DNA from: Alphaproteobacteria bacterium
GTDB lineage: Bacteria; Pseudomonadota; Alphaproteobacteria; UBA3830
NCBI GenBank assembly: GCA_017649895.1
Contig: JAGCFW010000016.1
Location: 1-64,000 of the forward strand
Direction of reading: 5' to 3'
DNA: 64,000 nt
A model generated the notes under the pieces. It made no database searches. It saw only the letters and a program-made list of their open reading frames with translations, and was not told the origin of the DNA. Shown here in pieces: positions 50,433-61,287 of the stretch. Positions within the stretch are counted from its first letter, which is position 1. Each line of letters opens with the position of its first letter. A program made the position numbers and the translations under genes.

Positions 50433-51757
50433 GCGTAAAAGTCAGGTTTGCTCCCTCCCCTACGGGTTTACTGCACGTCGGAAATATTCGAATCGCGATT
50501 TTGAATTATTTGTTCGTCAAAAATCGAGGTGGTAAGTTTGTACTACGTATCGACGATACTGACAAAGAACGCTCTACCATCGAATCCGAAAATTTAATTT
50601 TGGAAGATTTGAAATGGCTCGGATTTAAGTGGGACGAATTTTATAAACAATCTAATCATTTTCCGAAATACAACGAGGCGCTGGAGTATTTGAAATCCAT
50701 CGGCAGAGTCTATCCTTGCTACGAAACGAAGGACGAGCTTTCCTTAAAAAGAAAAATTCAATCTTCGCAAGGAATACCACCTGTCTACGATCGATCGTCT
50801 CTGCAATTATCTGACGAGGAAAAGGCTGATCTCGAAAAAAAAGGCGTCCGCAAATATTGGCGCTTTAAACTCAACGATGCCCAAATCATAGAGTGGAACG
50901 ACTTGGTTCACGGGAAAATTTCCATACCTTTAAACAGTGTCAGTGATCCTATCATTATCAAGCCAGACGGATCCTATGTTTATACGTTTGCTTCTGTTGT
51001 CGATGATATCAATATCGGAATTACTCATATCATTCGTGGAGATGATCACATTACAAATACCGCGGCGCAAATCGACATGTTTCGAGCTATTTCGGGAAAG
51101 TCACCAGAATTTGCTCATGTTCCACTATTATCTTCGATAGACGGACAAGATGTATCAAAAAGAACGAGTTCGTCTTTAAGCATGGTGAATCTGCGTAATG
51201 CCGGGATGGAACCGCAGGCAATCATTAACGTACTGTCGTCGCTGGGAACTTCAAACAACGTCGATCACAAAAATTCGCTTGAAGATTTAATCAAGAATTT
51301 TTCTTTTGAAAAAATGAGTTTATCTTCTCCGAAATTCAATGTCAGGGACGTGGAACTTCTAACGAAAAAAATTATCTCGGAAAAATCTTTTAATGAGGTA
51401 AAATCTGAAGCCTCCGAACAGATCTCTGAGGATTTTTGGGAGACAGTAAAAGGAAATATTAATACTTTAAAAGAAGTTGATTTTTGGTACGAAATTTTCT
51501 ATAAGGATATACTTGCCTGCTCCGAAAAAATGGATCAAGGTTATTTGCGTCAGATGCTAGAAAGTCTTTCGCCTGAAGTTGATTTCGATACGTGGATTTT
51601 GCGACTGAAAAAGATTTCCGGGAGAAAGGGACGGGATTTATTTCACCCGATCCGAATGGTTTTGACAAATTTAGAAAAAGGTCCGGAATTGAGAAAGATT
51701 TTCGAGCTATTGGGATATGAAAAAGTAAAGAACAGAATAGAGAAAAATATACAATGA
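50429..51757 (+). CDS. gltX: Glutamate--tRNA ligase
   Basis: RFAPSPTGLLHVGNIR (HIGH-class), 442 aa. 4-nt overlaps with rne and cysS. Confidence 0.9.
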   Translation: MSVKVRFAPSPTGLLHVGNIRIAILNYLFVKNRGGKFVLRIDDTDKERSTIESENLILEDLKWLGFKWDEFYKQSNHFPKYNEALEYLKSIGRVYPCYETKDELSLKRKIQSSQGIPPVYDRSSLQLSDEEKADLEKKGVRKYWRFKLNDAQIIEWNDLVHGKISIPLNSVSDPIIIKPDGSYVYTFASVVDDINIGITHIIRGDDHITNTAAQIDMFRAISGKSPEFAHVPLLSSIDGQDVSKRTSSSLSMVNLRNAGMEPQAIINVLSSLGTSNNVDHKNSLEDLIKNFSFEKMSLSSPKFNVRDVELLTKKIISEKSFNEVKSEASEQISEDFWETVKGNINTLKEVDFWYEIFYKDILACSEKMDQGYLRQMLESLSPEVDFDTWILRLKKISGRKGRDLFHPIRMVLTNLEKGPELRKIFELLGYEKVKNRIEKNIQ

Positions 51758-53118
51758 CTTCGTTACATTTATACAATTCTCTGACCAACAAGTTGGAGAA
51801 ATTTGAACCTATTGATCCCAACAATGTCCGCATGTATGCCTGCGGTCCGACGGTTTATTCCAGTCCGCACATTGGAAATGCCAGACCTCTTGTTGTATTT
51901 GACGTATTGTTTCGCCTTCTCAAAAAGATTTACGGAGATGTTACTTACGTCCGAAATCTTACTGACGTCGACGACAAAATTAACAAACGCGCTTTTGAAA
52001 GAAATGTTTCGATCAAAGAATTGACCGACGAAGTCATTGCTGAATTTCACAAGAGTACAAATCAGCTTAATGTACTCCCTCCGACTCATGAGCCACGCGC
52101 AACTTTTCATATAAAAGAAATGTTGGATATCATAGACTTGCTCATAAAAAACGAATTTGCCTATGTCGTAGAAGGTCATGTTTTGTTCCGCGTTAAAAAA
52201 CTGGGTAATTATGGACAGCTCTCCAAGAGAAGCGTGGAAGACATGATTCCGGGAAGTCGCGTGGAGGTTGCCCCTTACAAAGAAGATCCGCTCGACTTCG
52301 TCTTATGGAAACCTTCAAAAGAAAATGAACCAAGTTGGGACAGTCCTTTCGGAAAAGGCCGTCCGGGATGGCACATAGAGTGCTCAGCGATGAGTTCAAA
52401 ATATTTGGGAAGACAATTTGATATCCACGCGGGCGGTCAGGATTTGATTTTCCCACATCACGAAAACGAAATCGCTCAAAATTTCGGAGCTTTCGGCTGC
52501 CTCATGGCGAATTACTGGGTTCACAACGGTCTTTTGTTAGTTGACAACCAAAAGATGTCCAAATCCATCGGAAATATTATTTCCCTCGATGAAATTCTTC
52601 AGAAACTCGACGGGGAAATCATTCGTTACGTGCTGCTGTCCAGTCATTACCAGAAAACCTTAAACTGGACGGACCAAATCGTGAATCAGGCGAAATTGGC
52701 GCTTGACAGATTTTACGGAGCTCTGAGTTCTGCAACAAAAATTTCGGATGATGTCGATTTCGAAAGCAAAGTTACCGCCGCACTTTGCAACAACCTGAAT
52801 ACTCCTCTTGCACTGCAGCGGCTGATGGAAATTACCGATCAGATTTACAAAACGGATGATCAACAGGAGAAGAATCGCTTGTGCTCGATCCTGAAGAAAG
52901 AGGCGGAAATTTTGGGATTGCTGATGCGCGAAAATTGGTTCCAGAAGAATGCAAAATTATCCGAAGAAGAAATTGCAAGGTTATTGGACGAAAGAACAAA
53001 AGCAAAATCTGAAAGAAATTTCCAGAGAGCTGATGAAATTCGCAATTATCTTCTTGAAAACAAGATAAAAATCGAAGACACCAAGGACGGTCCTATTTGG
53101 AAGGTAATTTTGGATTAG
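51754..53118 (+). CDS. cysS: Cysteine--tRNA ligase
   Basis: CGPTVYSSPHIGNAR, KMSKSIGN, Zn ligand Cys. Confidence 0.9.
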   Translation: MTSLHLYNSLTNKLEKFEPIDPNNVRMYACGPTVYSSPHIGNARPLVVFDVLFRLLKKIYGDVTYVRNLTDVDDKINKRAFERNVSIKELTDEVIAEFHKSTNQLNVLPPTHEPRATFHIKEMLDIIDLLIKNEFAYVVEGHVLFRVKKLGNYGQLSKRSVEDMIPGSRVEVAPYKEDPLDFVLWKPSKENEPSWDSPFGKGRPGWHIECSAMSSKYLGRQFDIHAGGQDLIFPHHENEIAQNFGAFGCLMANYWVHNGLLLVDNQKMSKSIGNIISLDEILQKLDGEIIRYVLLSSHYQKTLNWTDQIVNQAKLALDRFYGALSSATKISDDVDFESKVTAALCNNLNTPLALQRLMEITDQIYKTDDQQEKNRLCSILKKEAEILGLLMRENWFQKNAKLSEEEIARLLDERTKAKSERNFQRADEIRNYLLENKIKIEDTKDGPIWKVILD

Positions 53119-53737
53119 ACCATTCGTGGTTTTTAAAATCTCCAAAATTTTTCAATTTGTTAACCTTTTGTTAATAAATTGTTACTACTATGGAATAAGA
53201 TAAAGTGCTTTTAATTTGATTTTTTGCAAGGTTTAGAAAAAATTAATTTATAGAGGCATATTGAAATTTAAGTTGATGTTTTGGAATTACTTTAAATTCC
53301 GATAGTGGCTCTAAAAAAAAGGTTTTGTCTGTTATTTTGATAGTTAGTGTGATGTTGTGATAGAAAGAAAAAGGTCAAACTGATTCGATGAAGACATTCA
53401 TCCGGAATAATAGCTGATTGATTCTTTCGCTGATTATGGCAGTATGTTTGTAATGACGCGAATAGTAAAGTGGGATTTCTTGCGATTGAACGCACCAGGC
53501 GCAGATATTTGCCGTTATTATTCGAAGTTACATACATTTTATGCACAACCTATCGCCGAATAACTGTTCAAAACCTTTTTTATTGGGGTCAGGAAACAAG
53601 AATTCCCGAAAAAGTAGCAATAAAAAAGCTGCCCCCTGCCGTCTCATCTTCGGCAATCATATTGATTCCATTGCTCCCATATAATACTATCAGCATGTTT
53701 TGTTGTTACTTTTTATATTCGCGAAGGAAATAAGCTT

Positions 53738-55252
53738 ATGGGTTTCTGGAAAATTTCAGGTGATCAAAATGGCACTTGGAATAAGTTTAATTTATTCATT
53801 CTTATTTATATTGCTGTCTTTTCGCTGATTCCAATACTTACGCGCAACGTAATTCCTTTCGATATGGTTGAGAATTTATACTGGGGAAAAGAGTGGCAGC
53901 TCGGCTATGAAAAGCACCCTCCTCTTTTTGCTTGGATTTCTCAAGCATTTTTCAAACTTTCTTTTTCAATTCCGGAATCTCTTTACATTCTAACGCAACT
54001 AAATCTCTTGCTCGGATTGGTTTTCGTTTTTAAAATTTCTCAATTTATCTATAACGACCGAATCAAATCATACGCCTCGGTTTTTATATTCATGTCCTCT
54101 GCTGCGGCAATTCTGGGAAACGAAAAATTTAATGCCACAACGATTTTATTTTCGCTCTTGCCGGCAACTTTTTATTATTTTTTGAAAATGATGAAGTTCG
54201 GTCGAAAAAGAGATGCCGTTTTGCTGGGAACTTTCGCTGCGTTGTCTTTCATCGGAAAGTACATTGCTCTTTTGTTTTTCGGATGCATGGGACTTTTTTT
54301 ACTATTCAATTCCAACTGTAGAAAAATTCTCAGAACACCTCTTCCCTATATTTCTATAGCCGTATTTTTGGTTGGGATTTCCTGGCACGTATATTGGATT
54401 TACTCCAACGATTTTGTAACAATTCGCTACGCGCTTGAAAAATCGGCTTTGGCCAAAAAATCGCCTATGTTTGCTCTAAAATTCCTATTAATGATGTGCT
54501 TTTTCTTTATTACTTCTTTTATCGCCGCATGTTTTGCTTTCAGATCTAATAAGTCTTCGATCGAAAAAAAATTCAAACTATCTGAAATGTTTCGCGATGT
54601 AAATTTTGTATGCAGAAAGAACGAAAATTATTCAACGGAGGAACTATTTGTAATCACAATGACACTCGCGCCGTCAGCCATTTTGTTTTTGTCCGCCCTC
54701 TTTACCGGAATGCGTATAGGAAGTTTCTGGGGAGCTTGCATGATGACCATGATCGGAATTTACCTGGTCATTATCAACAGAAAGCTTCCGAATATTGCGT
54801 CGCTTTTTAAATTTACGAAATGGATATCTTGTTTTTTCGCCGTAATTTTAATCCTAAAATTGGGATTGGTACGTCAGATTTTACGCGACTCTCATCCGTC
54901 ATATGCAATAGATTACAAAACGGTCAGTCGGCAAATTGAGCAGGACTACAGTCGTGTATTCCCTAACAAAAAAATCGAAAATATCATTTCGGACAAGAAC
55001 ACGACACCGTTACATCTCTATCTGAAAGATTCTCCATGTTTTTACAACCCAAAAATCCACAGAACTCAGAAACTTTTTACTGAAAAAGGAAACAATTTAG
55101 CCAATCGCATCGCGACATTTATCTATAAAGATTACGCTGAGGTAGAAAATTTCAGGAAATTTTATGATTCCGACATAATTTTTGAAAAAGATATCGGTAT
55201 TTGCGGGAGCTGGAAACTGCACTACGCCTTTTTCAAAAATCAATATAAATGA
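53738..55252 (+). CDS. Glycosyltransferase family 39 (ArnT/PMT-like) integral membrane protein
   Basis: 504 aa, at least 10 TM helices. N-terminal periplasmic-loop motif DMVENLYWGKEWQLGYEKHPPLFAWI. Confidence 0.6.
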   Translation: MGFWKISGDQNGTWNKFNLFILIYIAVFSLIPILTRNVIPFDMVENLYWGKEWQLGYEKHPPLFAWISQAFFKLSFSIPESLYILTQLNLLLGLVFVFKISQFIYNDRIKSYASVFIFMSSAAAILGNEKFNATTILFSLLPATFYYFLKMMKFGRKRDAVLLGTFAALSFIGKYIALLFFGCMGLFLLFNSNCRKILRTPLPYISIAVFLVGISWHVYWIYSNDFVTIRYALEKSALAKKSPMFALKFLLMMCFFFITSFIAACFAFRSNKSSIEKKFKLSEMFRDVNFVCRKNENYSTEELFVITMTLAPSAILFLSALFTGMRIGSFWGACMMTMIGIYLVIINRKLPNIASLFKFTKWISCFFAVILILKLGLVRQILRDSHPSYAIDYKTVSRQIEQDYSRVFPNKKIENIISDKNTTPLHLYLKDSPCFYNPKIHRTQKLFTEKGNNLANRIATFIYKDYAEVENFRKFYDSDIIFEKDIGICGSWKLHYAFFKNQYK

Positions 55253-55379
55253 ATATCCGAATTTTCGCATTGAAAGTCGACCGAATTTGCGTTCAGCTCT
55301 TGTAATTTTTTTCCTAATAACGATTAAAAAATCTGCGTTTATAAGTTATATTTGAATCTGTATAAAGGAATTAAATCCG

Positions 55380-56603
55380 ATGAAAAAGATTTTGGTGATT
55401 TTGTCCGTTGTTGCTGTGTTTAACGCGGATTTTGCGGAAGGAAAGAAGAAGATCTATTCGAGAAAATCTTCATCGAAAAAAACAGCGATTCTATCTGCAA
55501 AGAAAAAAGTTGGATTACCCGATGCCAAGCAAGCGGTTCTCATCGATTTTGATACCGGAGAAATTTTGTATAATAAAAATTCTCAGGAGAGATGTTCTCC
55601 ATCGTCCATGACAAAATTGATGACACTGTACATTTTGTTCTCTGCGATAAAAAGCGGTCGCTTAGCAATGGACGACGAACTTTTGGTAAGTGAAGAAGCC
55701 CAAAGCATGGAAGGTTCCCGCAGCTTTTTCAAAGCCGGAACTTATGCCAAGTTAGAAGATCTAATAAGAAGCATAATAGTGCATTCCGGAAACGATGCTT
55801 GTGTCATCGTCGCAGAAGCTCTTTCGGGAGACTCTTCCATATTCGCTGACGAAATGAATCGAAAAGCGGAAGAATTTGAGTTGAAAAACACTCATTTCAC
55901 AAATCCCACGGGACTACCAGATGAAGAGCATTACTCCACCGCTTATGATTTGGCGATCATAGCCCAACGTCTGATAAAAGATTTTCCGGAATATTATTCC
56001 TATTTTTCTGAAAAAACATTCACCATTAACGGAATCACTCAACCAAACCGCAACACCCTTTTGGGGAACTCCATGGGAGTTGATGGACTAAAAACAGGAC
56101 ATACAAACGCCGGAGGATACGGCCTTATCGCCTCTACCACTCGAAATGATAAGCGGTTAATTGCTGTCGTAAACGGATGTTCCGGTACGAAATCACGAAA
56201 TTTGGCAGCAAATGGCTTGTTGGCTCTTGGTTATCGCGAATTTGCAAATTTCAGAACCATAAAGGCAGGAACTCCGATCACAAAATTAAAAGTCTGGCTG
56301 GGAGATAGGAACGAAATTGATGTTTGCGCTCACGAAGACATCAATATAATGATTCCTAGAAAACTCCAAAATAAATTCAAAGTGGAAGCAAAGATGAAGG
56401 AACCAATTGAAGCTCCAGTAGCGCTCGGATCAAAAGTCGGAGAGCTCTCTTATCGCTATGAAAACTTTGTCTCAAAAAAATATGATCTGTTCGCCTGCCA
56501 AGAAGTGAAACGGGCGGGATTTTTCGAAAGAGCAAGGTCTGCAGTAAGTTATTTATTGTTCGGAACATCCGATAGCCAGCAAGGACTAAAAACTCAGCAA
56601 TGA
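55380..56603 (+). CDS. dacA: D-alanyl-D-alanine carboxypeptidase (PBP5/6 class)
   Basis: Signal peptide. SMTK (SxxK), HSGND (SxN), KTGHT (KTG) motifs. Confidence 0.85.
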   Translation: MKKILVILSVVAVFNADFAEGKKKIYSRKSSSKKTAILSAKKKVGLPDAKQAVLIDFDTGEILYNKNSQERCSPSSMTKLMTLYILFSAIKSGRLAMDDELLVSEEAQSMEGSRSFFKAGTYAKLEDLIRSIIVHSGNDACVIVAEALSGDSSIFADEMNRKAEEFELKNTHFTNPTGLPDEEHYSTAYDLAIIAQRLIKDFPEYYSYFSEKTFTINGITQPNRNTLLGNSMGVDGLKTGHTNAGGYGLIASTTRNDKRLIAVVNGCSGTKSRNLAANGLLALGYREFANFRTIKAGTPITKLKVWLGDRNEIDVCAHEDINIMIPRKLQNKFKVEAKMKEPIEAPVALGSKVGELSYRYENFVSKKYDLFACQEVKRAGFFERARSAVSYLLFGTSDSQQGLKTQQ

Positions 56604-57232
56604 AAAAAGGATTTTTTATCAGCTTCGAAGGCGGAGAAGGCACAGGGAAATCAACTCAGGTAAGACTGCTGGCTAACAAGCTGGCCGAACAAGGAAATTT
56701 GGTTCACATCACGCGGGAACCGGGAGGAACGGAACTTTCTGAAAAAATTCGCGACATTCTGAAAACAACTTCAAATATCGATTCAATAACAGAAATGCTG
56801 ATGATGTTCGCCGCCCGTCGAGAGCATTTCATAAAATCCATTTGCCCGTTACTTGACCAGGGATATATAGTACTTTGCGATAGATTTTACGATTCCTCTC
56901 TGGTTTATCAGGGAATATTAAAAAACGTTTCGATCGAAAAAATAATGCAGTTAAAGGAAATGACCCTCGGGAATTTCGAACCTGATTTTACGATTATCTT
57001 GGATATTCCTTCAAGCGTAGCGAAAAAAAGAATTCAGGGTCGCCAATTGTATTGGGACGACTACGACATGATGTCCGAGAGTGAATATAATATCATTCGG
57101 AACGGATTCAGAAAAATCGCAGAAGTGTTCCCTTTTCGCTGCAAGCTAATCGACGCATCCGGGGATGAAAGAAAAGTATTTTTCAAGGTACAAAAAGCTG
57201 TGGAAAAATTCATGTCGGAAACAAGACGGTAA
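56600..57232 (+). CDS. tmk: Thymidylate kinase
   Basis: FISFEGGEGTGKSTQ P-loop. 4-nt overlap with dacA. Confidence 0.85.
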   Translation: MKKGFFISFEGGEGTGKSTQVRLLANKLAEQGNLVHITREPGGTELSEKIRDILKTTSNIDSITEMLMMFAARREHFIKSICPLLDQGYIVLCDRFYDSSLVYQGILKNVSIEKIMQLKEMTLGNFEPDFTIILDIPSSVAKKRIQGRQLYWDDYDMMSESEYNIIRNGFRKIAEVFPFRCKLIDASGDERKVFFKVQKAVEKFMSETRR

Positions 57233-57273
57233 ATATTTCAGTTAACTAAACACGAAAACTTATCGCAACAAAT

Positions 57274-59598
57274 CTAAAGAGAAACCTTGCCTGACTTTTT
57301 CAGAATTTCAGTGGCCTTTGGCAGATCTATCGAAAAAATATCTTCCGTTTTCGGTATAGACACATATTTGCCTTTGAAAAACACATATGGCCCGTAGCGA
57401 CCGATGCCGACCTTTACTTCTTCCGTTCCGATTGTTCCAATTGATTTCGGAAGGCTCAGCAAAAACAGAGCCATGTTCAAATCGACATTGTTTGCTTCCA
57501 CTGTCTTTGGAACAGGTGCTCTTAGAGGCTTCTCTTTTTTCTTACCTTTCTCTTCCGTTTTATTTTGATTTTTCTTTTCGAGATAGAGACCATACGGACC
57601 TTTCTTCAACAAGATTTCTGCATTGTCCGTCGGATCATTCCCCAAAAATTTCGGAAACTCGCTGGCCGCAACCATGGCATTGTCATCCTGATTCATCGGA
57701 GAAGAATCCAATTTTCTCACATAATTGCACTCGGGGTACCGAGAACAACCAATGAACGAACCGAATCGTCCTATTTTCAGACTGAGTTCCCCCTCCTTAC
57801 ACTCCGGACAGTGTCTTGAAACCTTTCCGTCGGACATAAAAAGGAACTTTTCCATGGATTCGTTCAGCTTATCAATAACATCGGAAATCTTTACATCCTT
57901 CATATTGGCAATCGCCGCAGAAAAATCCTTCCAAAAACCATTCAGAACGTCGAGCTTTGAACGACTATTGTTTGAAACATCATCCAAAAATTGCTCTAAA
58001 TCCGCGGTAAATCCGTATTCCAAGTAGTGACTGAAGAAACTCATCAAAAATGAGGTAACCAGACGCCCTCGAATTTCAGGAACGAAAAACTTTTTCACTA
58101 ATTTTACATAACCCCTGTCCTGAAGAACCTGCAAAATCGTAGCATACGTTGAAGGGCGACCGATTCCCAACTCCTCCAGTTTCTTTACAAGACTTGCTTC
58201 AGAAAATCTCGGAGGCGGCGTCGTAAAATGTTGCAGTGCCTCAATTTTCTTGGTCGGGGTATTATCTCCTTCCTTCAACGGGGGCAACAGCCCTTCTTCA
58301 CTTTCATCTTGATCGTCTTTTCCTTCTACATAAACCTTCAAAAATCCTTCAAAAACAACCGTATTTCCGTTTGCTCTGAAAATATTTTTATTCTGGTCGC
58401 TCAGATCTACCTGCACTTTGTTGAATTCGGCTGAAGACATCTGACAGGCAACAGCTCTCTTCCAAATCAAGGTGTATAATTTCAGCTGATCGTTGGAAAG
58501 CTTACCTTCGAGAGTATCGGGAATAACACTTGCATCGACAGGACGAATCGCCTCGTGAGCCTCCTGAGCATTTTTCACCTTTGTGTTATAAACTCGAGGT
58601 TTCGACGGCACAAAGTCCTTCCCGTATTTTTCTTCAATAACCTGTCGAATTTTATTAACCGCGTCCGTCGACAAATTTATACTGTCGGTTCTCATGTAGG
58701 TTATCAGCGCTTTAGTTTCCCCACCGATATCGACACCTTCATACAAGTTTTGCGCCAACTGCATGGTTTTCTTGGCACTGAATCCCAATTTTCGAGAGGC
58801 CTCTTGCTGCAAAGTCGAAGTAATAAATGCCGGAGCTGGATTGCGCTTCACGATTTTCGACTCAACCTTAGTTACCAAAAAATCATTCACCAACTCATCT
58901 TTTATCGCCTGCGCTTCCTGCTCATTTTTTATGGAAAACTTATCCAGCTTTTTCCCTTTGTGATGGGTTAAATGGGCTGAAAAGACTTTTTTATCAGGAG
59001 CCGCAAACTTACCCTCGATCGTCCAGTATTCTTTTTTCTCAAAAGACTCTATTTCGATTTCTCGATCCACAATTATGCGTAGCGCAACTGATTGAACCCT
59101 ACCAGCAGATTTACTTCCCGGAAGCTTGCGCCACAAAATCGGAGAAAGATTGAAACCAACCAAATAATCCAAAGCTCGACGCGCAAGATAAGCATCAACC
59201 AAGGAACTATCAATGTCTCGCGGATTTTCTATCGCCGCTTTTATCGCACTTTTCGTAATCTCGTGAAATGCTATGCGCTTGAACGGAACTTTTAACTTCT
59301 TTGCCTCCTGCAGCACCTCTTTTATGTGCCAAGAAATAGCTTCCCCTTCCCTATCAGGGTCAGTCGCGAGCAATAATTCATCACAGTTTTTGAGTTGTTT
59401 TACGATGTCTTGAACACACTTCTTGCCTCGCGCACTCATTTCCCAAACCATTGAGAAATTATTATCCGGCTGAACGCTTCCGTCTTTCGCTAATAAATCA
59501 CGGATATGACCATAACTGGCCATAACCTTAAAATCCGACCCCAAATATTTGTTGATCGTTTTAGCCTTTGCCGGAGACTCCACTATTACAAGACGCAT
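57274..59598 (-). CDS. topA: DNA topoisomerase I
   Basis: 774 aa. TOPRIM MRLVIVESPAKAKTI, an active-site Tyr region, and C-terminal Zn-ribbon Cys pairs (CPECKEG...CSRYPEC). Confidence 0.9.
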   Translation of the reverse strand: MRLVIVESPAKAKTINKYLGSDFKVMASYGHIRDLLAKDGSVQPDNNFSMVWEMSARGKKCVQDIVKQLKNCDELLLATDPDREGEAISWHIKEVLQEAKKLKVPFKRIAFHEITKSAIKAAIENPRDIDSSLVDAYLARRALDYLVGFNLSPILWRKLPGSKSAGRVQSVALRIIVDREIEIESFEKKEYWTIEGKFAAPDKKVFSAHLTHHKGKKLDKFSIKNEQEAQAIKDELVNDFLVTKVESKIVKRNPAPAFITSTLQQEASRKLGFSAKKTMQLAQNLYEGVDIGGETKALITYMRTDSINLSTDAVNKIRQVIEEKYGKDFVPSKPRVYNTKVKNAQEAHEAIRPVDASVIPDTLEGKLSNDQLKLYTLIWKRAVACQMSSAEFNKVQVDLSDQNKNIFRANGNTVVFEGFLKVYVEGKDDQDESEEGLLPPLKEGDNTPTKKIEALQHFTTPPPRFSEASLVKKLEELGIGRPSTYATILQVLQDRGYVKLVKKFFVPEIRGRLVTSFLMSFFSHYLEYGFTADLEQFLDDVSNNSRSKLDVLNGFWKDFSAAIANMKDVKISDVIDKLNESMEKFLFMSDGKVSRHCPECKEGELSLKIGRFGSFIGCSRYPECNYVRKLDSSPMNQDDNAMVAASEFPKFLGNDPTDNAEILLKKGPYGLYLEKKNQNKTEEKGKKKEKPLRAPVPKTVEANNVDLNMALFLLSLPKSIGTIGTEEVKVGIGRYGPYVFFKGKYVSIPKTEDIFSIDLPKATEILKKSGKVSL

Positions 59599-59607
59599 AT
59601 CAACCCT

Positions 59608-60699
59608 TTAACCATTTATCAAACTTATTCTCTGTCCGCTAAGCCTAACGATTTTATTTTCTATTTCCAACTCCATTAAAATCGGTAACACATTCTGAAG
59701 AGACACCCCAAGCGTAGAAACCAACTCATCGATAGTTATAGGAGTAAAACTCAACAAATTCAATATCTTTTCATGAATTTCTTCGGGTTCGGATTCAAAC
59801 GAGACGGTTGCACTATCAAAAAGCAGTTCCTCCTGAAGAGCTTTACGCGGGAAAATATGATCCAAAATATCCTGAGAGGACAACGTTAAAATCGCTCCTT
59901 GTTTCAACAAATTATTTCCCCCCTCACTTTTTATGTCCAGAGGAAATCCGGGAACTACAAAAATGTCTCTGTTATACTCCAAAGCACATTTCGCCGTTAT
60001 CAAAGAACCCGATTGCTTTGCCGCTTCAATTATCACCGTTCCTGAAGACAAACCTGCGATAATTCGATTTCTTTTCGGAAACAAATGCCCTTGTGGCGCG
60101 GTTCCCAGAGGCATCTCCGCAAAAATAATTCCGTTCTCTTTTATGGATTCGTACAATTTTTTGTTTTCCGGAGGATATATAACATCCACGCCCGATGCCA
60201 AAACAGATATTGTTCCCGTTGCAATACTTGCCTTATGAGCTTCGGAATCTATGCCTCGCGCCATTCCCGAAACAATGGCAACGTCGTTGCGTCCTAAATC
60301 TTCGGCAATCTGTCGGCAAAGCTTATTTGCCATTATCGAAGAATTTCTCGCTCCGACAATTGAAATCAAATTTCTTTTGTTGAATTCCTCTAACTTCTCC
60401 CTTCTTCCCAAAAAAGTCAGAACCGGAGGAGCATCAACCACCTCGCGCAACAAAGGTGGATACAATTCATCTTCAAAAAAAACGAACTCCGCGCCCAACT
60501 TTTTCGTATTTTCAATCTCTTTTTCAATGACAGAATCTTCGCAAATCTTATATTTCCGCGAGTAATCTTTTAGCATCTCCAGAGATTCTACGGCACTGGA
60601 ATATTTTTTAATCAATCGCCAAAATAAACGGACACCTATCGACTCACTTCGAGTTAATTTTAAACGAGCAAGTTTTTCTTCATCCGAAAGTATTTCCAA
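59608..60699 (-). CDS. dprA: DNA processing protein DprA (Smf)
   Basis: 363 aa. Rossmann-like core IVSGMARGIDSEAHKASIATG. Confidence 0.85.
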   Translation of the reverse strand: MEILSDEEKLARLKLTRSESIGVRLFWRLIKKYSSAVESLEMLKDYSRKYKICEDSVIEKEIENTKKLGAEFVFFEDELYPPLLREVVDAPPVLTFLGRREKLEEFNKRNLISIVGARNSSIMANKLCRQIAEDLGRNDVAIVSGMARGIDSEAHKASIATGTISVLASGVDVIYPPENKKLYESIKENGIIFAEMPLGTAPQGHLFPKRNRIIAGLSSGTVIIEAAKQSGSLITAKCALEYNRDIFVVPGFPLDIKSEGGNNLLKQGAILTLSSQDILDHIFPRKALQEELLFDSATVSFESEPEEIHEKILNLLSFTPITIDELVSTLGVSLQNVLPILMELEIENKIVRLSGQRISLING

Positions 60700-60708
60700 A
60701 CGATACCT

Positions 60709-61287
60709 CTATATTTTCTTTTCCTGATTATTGCGCAACCTTATCAAATTATCCTTATGTTTGATAAATATCAAAATTACCAAAAATATCAAAGCGCCCA
60801 TCGTAAATATATCGTTTTGGACGTACCTGTACAGCAGCAAACTACTGGAAACAGCAATCAAACATGAGACGGAAGAAATCCTGCACGCCAGAAAAATAGC
60901 CCCCCAAATTAATCCAGCACCTAAAAGTACAAACCAACTGATGGAACCAACTGTTCCCAAGAAGGTCGCAACTCCCTTTCCTCCTTTAAATTTCAACCAA
61001 ATAGGGAACATATGCCCAATGGTCGGAGCAACAAGGATCAGCAAATTGCAAACCAGATCTCCTGAGTCGAAAAAATAACAAGGGATAAATGCTTTCGAAA
61101 AGTCGCAAACCAGAGTCATCGCGCCCAGCAATTTTCCCTGTGTTCTCAAAACATTCGTACTTCCGATATTTCCCGAGCCTTTCTCGCGAAGCCCTCCCGA
61201 TCCGAATAATTCCGAAAAAATCAATCCAAACGGAATAGATCCGAGCAGATACGCGAACAAAGGATACAAATATTGCTGCATCGACAT
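60709..61287 (-). CDS. plsY: Glycerol-3-phosphate acyltransferase PlsY
   Basis: 192-aa membrane protein. GSGNIGSTNVLR motif. Confidence 0.85.
   Translation of the reverse strand: MSMQQYLYPLFAYLLGSIPFGLIFSELFGSGGLREKGSGNIGSTNVLRTQGKLLGAMTLVCDFSKAFIPCYFFDSGDLVCNLLILVAPTIGHMFPIWLKFKGGKGVATFLGTVGSISWFVLLGAGLIWGAIFLACRISSVSCLIAVSSSLLLYRYVQNDIFTMGALIFLVILIFIKHKDNLIRLRNNQEKKI

Noticed and set aside
53470-53733. 87-aa ORF inside the 619-bp intergenic gap, and the 84-aa minus ORF at 53292..53546
   Set aside because: No RBS, implausible composition, mutually overlapping on opposite strands. The region is treated as non-coding.
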